Shown piece after piece: positions 54,086 through 64,000 of a stretch of 64,000 nucleotides of DNA (its first letter is position 1; the number at the start of each line of letters is the position of its first letter). The notes beneath the pieces are model-generated. The model saw only the letters and a list, made by a program, of their open reading frames with translations. It ran no database searches and was not told where the DNA came from. The stretch comes from the human T2T-CHM13v2.0 reference genome, Homo sapiens. Made by a program: the position numbers and the translations under genes. Location: the NCBI RefSeq assembly GCF_009914755.1, contig NC_060928.1. One strand, 5' to 3'.

Positions 54086-54724
54086 TTGGATGTGTGTGTG
54101 GCTCGAGAGTATTATCACAGTTCAGGGGTTAACAGTTTTTATCTCACATTAAGCCAGAAACTTATGAGTCACTTGCCATTTCCTTTGCCAATCACTTGTG
54201 ACAGAATAAAGCTATCAGGCACATCGTCCTTCCAGACATCCAAGGATAAGTGTGATTTTATTTTTATGTTTGGGTCCTTAGGAGTCCTCCCTGGACCAGA
54301 GTAGCCAATTATTCTCTTAGTGTTTGGTCAGAGATTGTGCCATTGAGGCTTCTGGTCTGTGGTGATTGGAGTCTATATGTGTGGCTTGGGGAAGTACTCA
54401 AGTCTGTCCCATATTTTACAAGGATTCCTCCTGAATCTGTGCAGCCTAACATGTGTGCACAAACTTTCTGACCTCCAGTGTAGACTCTCAACCCAGAAAA
54501 GCTTTTCTTAGCTTTCTCTTTCCTTGCTTCTCTCTATTAGACTTCTGGCTGGTCTGCTGTTTTGCTTGGATCATGGAGCTAATAGCTTCCACCAGTCAAT
54601 GGTGTCTCTACCAAGCTCTCCATTGTGTGTGTATGTATTTTTTCTCTTATGATGCCATTAGGTATAGAATTCTCCAAGCTGTGTTCTAATATAGTTAGTC
54701 CCCTGAGGCAGAGCTTTGAAGCCC

Positions 54725-55030
54725 TGCAGGAGTTGTAGCCAACTGCAAAGTTAAGCAACAGAGTCTACACGAGACCGCTCTCACTTCTGACACCAACTGC
54801 AAGTTCTGATGGTTCCTCAAACTATCCCAGGTTCTATAATTTCCTAGAAAGATTCACAGATTTTGCTGAAAGTTATTACATTCACAGGTATAGTTTATTA
54901 GACAGAAAGAATGCAGATCAAAATCAGCCAAGAGATGAGACTTATAGGACAGATTCCAGGAAAAGTACCAACCTCAAACCATCCACTTTTCTCTCCCCAT
55001 AAAGTCACAGACACATTAATTTCCTGGCAT
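54725..55030 (-). mobile_element. MER21-like LTR fragment
   Basis: ctcacttctgacaccaactgcaagtt..ataatttcctagaaagattcacaga..cagatcaaaatcagccaaag. Confidence 0.6.
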
Positions 55031-55551
55031 CAGGAAATTCTGTATTATCCCACAATAATATATTTGAAGTCTGAATAAAAACTGCAGAAACACAGATTTT
55101 ATCAGCTCTATTGTCATTTTCTGGCTAGTTCTTAAAGATGAATTTGAGGGTCAGCAAGTCTGAGACCTTCATTTCGGGGAAATTGAAGACAAAATAGTTG
55201 TTATAACTTGTTTATTGTTACCCAGAGCAGGGTGGCGAGTTGAGACTAACTTCCAATTCCCTCAAGTCCCTGTGATAACTTAGCAAAAGTGGCCTGTTGG
55301 AGTGTTTGATACATTTTAGACAAAATGTATTTATGTGGTAAGATAATATTATTTTCTTGGAACCTTTGGGACTTTCTTTAAGATAGCTTCTTCTTCTATT
55401 CCTACACCCTCTACTCATGCGATACTAGTGTTCATATTTTTAGTTTTGATGTCCACATCTTTTATCTCCTTAAATATTGCTTAGTAAAAACCCCATTTCA
55501 TATACAACAATTCTAACACAAATAGACAATGGTGATTATTACATTATTACT

Positions 55552-55934
55552 TGTGCTAATCTGTTTTTGCATTGATATAGAGGAACACTTGAGGCTTTAT
55601 AATTTATAAAGAAAAGAGTTTTAATTGGCTGTTTCTGCAGGTAGTACAAGCATAGGTCTAGCATTTGCTTCTGGTGAGGCTGCAGAAAGTTTACGATCAT
55701 GACAGAAAGCAAAGTGGGAGCAGGCACATCAAATAGAGAAAGAGGAAGGAAGAGAGAAGGGAGGTGCCATATGCTTTTAAATAGCCATATCTTACATAAA
55801 CTCTGAGCAAGAACTCACTCATCACCAAGGGGCTGGAGCTAAGTCATTAATGAGGGATCAACCCCCATGATCCAGACACCTCCTACCAGGCCCCACCTCC
55901 AACACTGGGGATTACAAACATCTAAGCCATATCA
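55552..55934 (-). mobile_element. MSTB-like MaLR solo LTR
   Basis: aatttataaagaaaagagttttaattggct..cttctggtgagg..ccaggccccacctccaacactgggga..ccatatca; TSD ttact/ttacc. Confidence 0.85.
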
Positions 55935-56660
55935 TTACCCATCTTGTTGCACAATTTAGATTAGAAGCCATAATTTCTTACCTTCTATTCAAGCCTCTTT
56001 TCAATATACCTCCCTTTGCTAATTATCATTTCTTTCAAAATGAAGGAAAATGTATTGCCCTCCTCTCTTAAGCATTAATATGGAAAATCACAGCTTCTTT
56101 AGCTATTTATCCCTCCCTGTGGTCTTCAGTTTGATACAGTGTTAAAGCCCTCTGTCACCCTTCATTTTCTTTTTATTAGATAGGACAATGCTGTTATAAC
56201 TCGACCTTCATTTGTCTTGTAAAGTCATGCCTTCACTTTTCCCCTAATTGATATTTAGGAGGCATGTAATTTTGGATTTTTTTCTCATCTATTCATTCTA
56301 GAAATGAGAGAAAGGTTAAGCATTATTTCTGGTGCCAAGCTGTTGAGAAGAGCCCAGAAACTCTTGTGTTCATAAGCAGGTACAAAAAAGCAAAAGATGC
56401 CAAGATGTTAACAAGAAAGATACCTCTGAGAACAAACCTTGTCTGGACCAGGGACAAGAGCTGGCATAATGGGCTGATCCCTTTCCCAATACCTCATCAG
56501 TGATTATGGAGTAAAAAGTGACCCAAATTATGAAGAGATTAGACAACCTTGCAGGGGAAGATGGGATGTCTTACTTTGTTTTGTTTTTATCTTATATGAT
56601 TGTTGTTTAAATGAATATATTGGAACTAGATTGAATATGTGCACTGTCTTGCTTATATGA

Positions 56661-57229
<569 letters not shown>

Positions 57230-57450
57230 TTTTGTGTGGGTTTCTTAAAACACTCTGGGAAGAACTTTGCACGTGAGTTCACATTGACTATGCTTCTGGA
57301 TTTTTTTTCAAAATAAATACATTTAATTGCTTGAAAAGAAGTCACCTTCTTTGACTTTGCTTCTGTTACATTTTCCTCACTTTGAATGAGTGTAGGTAAA
57401 CTCGGATATTTTTGGACTTCATATAAAGAGGACATGTTGTTGAGGATTGA

Positions 57451-57763
<313 letters not shown>

Positions 57764-57764
57764 C

Positions 57765-58058
<294 letters not shown>

Positions 58059-58603
58059 AGGATTCATCTATTTTTAAATTAGTTGGATCCATTTATGTCA
58101 ACCAATTCCATGGTATCAGTTAGGAAATGGCTTTCAGAAATAATCCTACTTCTCTACTGCCAATCATATGAATACATAACAACATGATAATTAAGGGCAA
58201 GAAATTCTTAGCATGATAAATGTGTCTTGTAGTACCCAGAACCAGGAGTACATTGATAATGTAAGAGAAATAACAGTAATTTACAGAAGCAGAATTTAGT
58301 TTGTGAAAAATTTTTCCAATCATCAGATAAATGAATTTCTAAGCAGATTTTATTTTCATTGTTGGCTTGTCAAAACTGATTTACTACTGCCATAAATATA
58401 TTAAATAATGAAGCATATATAATTAAAAATACACAGGAAATTTTAAAAATCTTTTTGTGGGAATAACATAACAGAATATATCAGAATTCTTGTGTTGATA
58501 TGGCATGGATCTATAGTAGTTCTACAAACTACAAACATGTTTGCAGCAGCTTATGGATGAAAGAAACTCAATGACAGTGTTGCAAAATTTTACAAGAATC
58601 CCA

Positions 58604-60690
58604 AATATATATTATATATATAATATCATATATTATATATAATATATGATATTATATATTGTATATATATTATATATGATATATATTTTTATATAATATA
58701 TATTTTATATATTTTATATTTTATATATAATATATATTTTTATATATTATATATTTTATATATTATATCATATATATAATATATTTTATATATTATATCA
58801 TATATATAATATATTTTATATATATTTTATATACAATATATAATGTATTTTATATATATTTTATATACAATATATAATGTATTTTATATATATTTTATAT
58901 ACAATATATAATATATTTTCTATATATTTTATATACAATATATAATATATTTTCTATATATTTTATATACAATATATAATATATTTTCTATATATTTTAT
59001 ATATAATATATAATATATTTTATATATATTTTATATATAATATATAATATATTTTATATATATTTTATATATAATATATAATATATTTTATATATATTTT
59101 ATATATATTTTATATATAATATATAATATTTTTATATATATTTTATATATAAAATATATTATATATAATATATTTTATATATAAAATATATTATATATAA
59201 TATATTTTATATGTAAAATATATTATATATAAAATATTTTATATAATATATATTAAATATAATATATATAATATATAAAATATATATATTATATATATAT
59301 AATATATAAAATATATATATTATATATATATAATATAAAATATATATATTATATATAATATATTATATAATATATATATTATATATAATATATTATATAA
59401 TATATATATTATATAATATATTATATAAAATATAAATATATAATATATTATATAAAATATATATATTATATAATATATTATATAAAATATATATAATATA
59501 TAATATATTATATAAAATATATATATTATATATAATATATAAAATATATATATTATATAAAATATATAATATATAATATATATATTTTATATATAATGTA
59601 ATATATATTATATATAAAATATTTAATATATATTATATATAAAATATTTTATATATATTATATATTATGTATAATATATATTTTATATATATTATATATT
59701 ACATATATTTTATATATTATATATATTTTATATAATATATAATATGTATTATATATATTTTATATTATATATTATATATTTTATATAATATGTATTATAC
59801 ATTATATATTATATATTTTATATAATATGTATTATATATTTTATATATATATATTATATATTTTATATATATATTATATATTTTATATAATATATATTAT
59901 ATATTTTATATATTTTATATATTATATATATTTTATATATTTTATATTATATATTATATATTTTATATTATATATTATATATTATATATTTTATATTATA
60001 TATTTTATATAATATGTATATTACATATTATATATTTTATATAATATGTATATTACATATTATACATTTTATATAATATGTATATTACATATTATATATT
60101 TTATATAATATATATATTTTATATATAATATATATTTTATATAATATATATTTTATATATAATATATTTTATATATAATATATATTTTATATAATATATA
60201 TTTTATATAATATATATTTTATATATAATATATATTTTATATAATATATATTATATATAATATATATATTATATAATATATATATTTTATATAATATATA
60301 TGTTATATATAATATATATATTATATAATATATATATTTAATATATTACATATATTTTATATAATATATATTTTATATATTACATATATTTTATATAATA
60401 TATATTTTATATATTACATATATTTTATATAATATATATTATATATATTTTATATAATATATATATTTTTATAATATATATTATATATATTTTGTATAAT
60501 ATATATATTTTACATAAAATATATATATTTTACATAATATATATTTTATATATAAAATATATATATTTCATATATATATTTTATATAATATATATATAAA
60601 ATATATATATTTTATAAAATATATACATATTATATATATAATATATATATTTTATATATATAATATGTATATATTTTATATATATATATA
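58604..60690. repeat. 2.1-kb near-pure AT low-complexity (TA)n-derived tract
   Basis: Almost exclusively A/T; sub-arrays such as atatattttatatacaatatataat. Confidence 0.97.
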
Positions 60691-60935
60691 CACACAATAA
60701 TACCTCTACTATGTTGTTAGTCTGAAGTATTTCTACATGATCCTTCATGGAGATGCCGAATGTTGAACAACGATGGTAGTAAGAAAATACTGAATTATTT
60801 TTTTTATTCTTTTCATGGAAATTATATGACCAAATTTTTGTCATAAAATGTAGTAATTAGTATGGAGCCAAACATTTAGAAAAAAAGTATTATAAGAGAT
60901 ATGTCAGGAAATTAACCAGTGAAAATAATATGCTA

Positions 60936-61294
60936 TTGCCTTACTCCATTTGGGCAGCTCTAATAAAACCACCATAAACTTTGTGGCTTATAAACAACAT
61001 TTATTTCTCACAGTATGGAGGCTAGGGAGTACAAAATCAAAGTGCTGGAAGACTTGTCTGGCGATAGCTCTCTCATTCTTTATAGATGGTGTTTTCTTCC
61101 TGTGACCTCACATGGTAGAAGAAACAAGGTATCTTTCTGGGACCTCTTTAATAAGGGCACTAAACCCATTCATTAAGGCCCGTCCCTCATGACTTAATTA
61201 CCTCCAAATAGGCCCCACCTCTTAATACTATCATAATGAAAATTAGGTTTCAAAATATGGACTTGGTGGGGACATAAACATTGAGACTGTAGCA
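60936..61294 (-). mobile_element. MLT1A0-type MaLR LTR
   Basis: accataaactttgtggcttataaacaac.tttatttctcacag..ggaggctagg..aagggcactaa..cataaacattgagactgtagca. Confidence 0.85.
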
Positions 61295-61412
61295 GTTATT
61301 TTCCTAAACTTTTTGATGATGACAGTATTTATCATTGTTTAAATGTGACTTTTGTCAGTTTTTCTCCTTTTAATTAAATATTTATCTTTGAACCTAATTT
61401 TACATTTATAAT

Positions 61413-61710
<298 letters not shown>

Positions 61711-61899
61711 TAATTTTTATATTTATTTTTAAATTATGTCTTCAATTTTTATAAGGCTTTGACTTCTCAACCCTGGATCAGGTCCTTGCATGTGAACTAA
61801 GAGCATGAGACATGATCCTTACCTTTCTACGGTACTTACAGCTAGACAAAAGCAGCTTCACTGAAGGATTGTAGATAGCCTATAGCAGAACTTGGCATT

Positions 61900-62070
61900 T
61901 TTTCCTATGCAGTATATAATAATTACCTAGGGGCCCTGTTAAAGCAGAATACTGGAATCCATCCCCAAATATTCTGGTTCAGTAGGTTTTGATGGGATAG
62001 AGAATTTTGTTTCCTCTAAGTTCCAAGGAGATGCTGATGCTACTAGGATCACTCCTTAAGTAACAATGGT
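61900..62070 (+). mobile_element. MER5A (hAT-Charlie)
   Basis: aattacctagggg..tgttaaa..ttctggttcagtaggt..agaattt..tctaagttcc..gatgctgatgct. Confidence 0.65.
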
Positions 62071-62746
62071 CTACACTCTAGTGAACAAGAAGTCACTGAA
62101 GAGTAGTCAGGAAACTAGGTGGGAACTGAGGGGATTAAACCTCTGCTATGTCGGCAGGGGTACTTGCTGGCTTATTAATAATAAAATAGTGGGATAAAAG
62201 AAAACAATTAAAAAAAAAACAAGAGTTATGTTGACTGACACCAAAGTTCTCAGCAAAGGAATTAGAGGGCCAAGATTTGGAAAGATAATGCAAACAAAAA
62301 AGGAGTTATGTTGAGCTGCATAAAACTCATTATATTTTGGAATAAATATCATGATAATTTTGGAATAAAGGGCAGGAGGATAAACAGAAAAGAGGAAGAA
62401 CTCAGATAGGAGAAAGAGGCCGAGGTCTTTCTTTTATGGAGAAGGGTGACTCCTGACAACATTATGGTGAAGAAAGGACAGGGAATTTTCAAGGACAAGC
62501 ATGTCTAATATTCCATTTTAACTTGTGTTGCTATATTGTAAATGCCCTGATTGCGTGAAGCATTGATAGAAGTCTACTGTATATGTACAGCCAGCTTTTC
62601 AGTATAGGGAGTAAAAGTATAGGGAAGCAAATAAATAAAATGAAATAAAGCAATGAGCCTTCCTTAACAATCATCACTTTACCAAAGGCTATGTATGAAG
62701 AGGAGCTCAAATCTCAAACTTTCAGGTAGATCAAAGAGCAGTTGTC

Positions 62747-63038
62747 AAATGGTATTTCTTGTTCTAGATCATTGAGGAATCACCCATATTCCCACTTATA
62801 AGTGGGAGCTGAACAATGAGAATACATTGATACAGGGAGGGGAAAAACACACACTGGAGCCTGTTGCAGGGTGGGGTGAGGTTAGGGAAAGTATTAGGAA
62901 TAATAGTTAATGCATCCTGGGTTTAATTCCTAGCTGATGGGTTGATAGGTTCAGAAAACCACCATGGCACACCTTTACCTGTGTAACAAACTTGTACATC
63001 CTGCACATGTACCCCAGAACTTAAAATTAAAATTAATA
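62747..63038 (+). mobile_element. Short L1PA insertion with 5' inversion
   Basis: Inverted ORF2 piece 62747-~62786 followed by a sense 3'UTR; 14-bp TSD aaagagcagttgtc at 62733-62746 and 63039-63052. Confidence 0.9.
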
Positions 63039-63329
63039 AAAGAGCAGTTGTCCATTATATTATTAATTTATTGTGCAAACAGATGCATTTTAGAAAATAA
63101 ATAGCTGTGATATTAACCATTGTACAAAGGCAAAGCATCTCAACTAGGGCACTTCTAGACACACTGGAGTGTATTGTTGCCATAACCACAGTGCAGTTGG
63201 ACGTTGTGGAACTGAACATTAGTCACAATAGTGTGCATTTCATATGAGCAGATTTAAAGCACACAACTCAGGAGCAGATGGGGCACAAATCTCATATTTC
63301 CAAACTACACCAGAGAAAAGTGACTTTAT

Positions 63330-64000
63330 TATAATAGTTTTCTGGGGCTGACATAAATGACAAAGCACGACAGACTGGGTGGCCTACATAAAAGAAATTA
63401 TTTTCTTCCAGTTCTGGAAAAACACCAAGAGCAAAGTGTTTGCAAGGTTGGCTCCTTCTGTGGACTCTCTGCTTGTCTTGTAGGTGTCTGGCTTCTCAGT
63501 GTCCTCACATGGTCTTACCTCTGTGTGTATATACGACCAAATATTCAGTTCTTACAAGAACACCAGTCATATTAGAGAAGGGCCCACCGTAATGAACTCA
63601 TGCTATGGACTGAATATTCGTGTTTTCCCAAAATGCACATGTTGAAATCCTAACCTTCAATGTGATAGTTAGGAGGTCAGGCCTTTGGGAGATAATTAGA
63701 AAATGGGGCTGGAACCCTCATGAATGGGATTAGTGCCCTTTTACGAAAAGATGTGAGAGCTTGCCCCCTCTCTCTCTGTTCTCTGCCATATGCGAATACA
63801 AAAAGATGGCCTGGGAAACCAGGAAATGAGTCTTTACCAGACACCAGATGGGATGACATCTTAATCTCACACTTCCTAGCTTCTAGAACTATGAGAAATA
63901 AATTTATGTTGTTTAAACCACCAATGTATAATATTTCTATTATAACAGTGCAAACTGACAAAGACAGCTCATTTTAACTTAATTATTTCTTTAAAGACCT
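63330..64000 (-). mobile_element. MLT1B-like LTR (runs off window), split by MLT1A-type LTR
   Basis: cagactgggtggcc..agaaattattt..cagttctgga..gcaaggttgg..gaacaccagtcatatt..gggcccacc.taatgaactca|ttttaacttaatta. Confidence 0.75.
63601..63966 (+). mobile_element. MLT1A/MSTC-type solo LTR
   Basis: tgctatggactgaat..tgttgaaatcctaacc..atgaatgggattagtgccctt..aactgacaaagaca; TSD actca/gctca. Confidence 0.82.

Noticed and set aside
63140-63325. Possible ancient conserved repeat (gttgccataac motif)
   Set aside because: Could not assign a family or a convincing hairpin by eye.

Overview
Primate, almost certainly human, intergenic DNA. It is AT-rich and dominated by interspersed repeats (Alu, L1, L2, MIR, MaLR/ERVL/ERV1 LTRs, hAT DNA transposons). 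I find no intact protein-coding gene, RNA gene or CRISPR array; the listed ORFs are repeat-derived or spurious. The most informative feature is an old processed pseudogene of ECM1 (~31520-33626, + strand). A ~345-bp mitochondrial COX3 fragment (NUMT, 32837-33181, - strand) has inserted cleanly into it, still open in the mitochondrial code and differing from modern human mtDNA mostly at synonymous sites. Other notable items are an ERVL pol (RNase H/integrase) remnant, a full-length MER41A solo LTR, a truncated LTR12 with a templated-insertion scar, a young TSD-less L1PA2/3, a twin-primed 5'-inverted L1 and multi-level nested insertions. There are also several perfect fold-back (template-switch) scars, a 128-bp spacer-less palindrome in a TA-rich minisatellite and a 2.1-kb near-pure AT tract. 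I do not see convincing evidence of a new biological system. Subfamily names come from recalled consensus sequences, not a database search.
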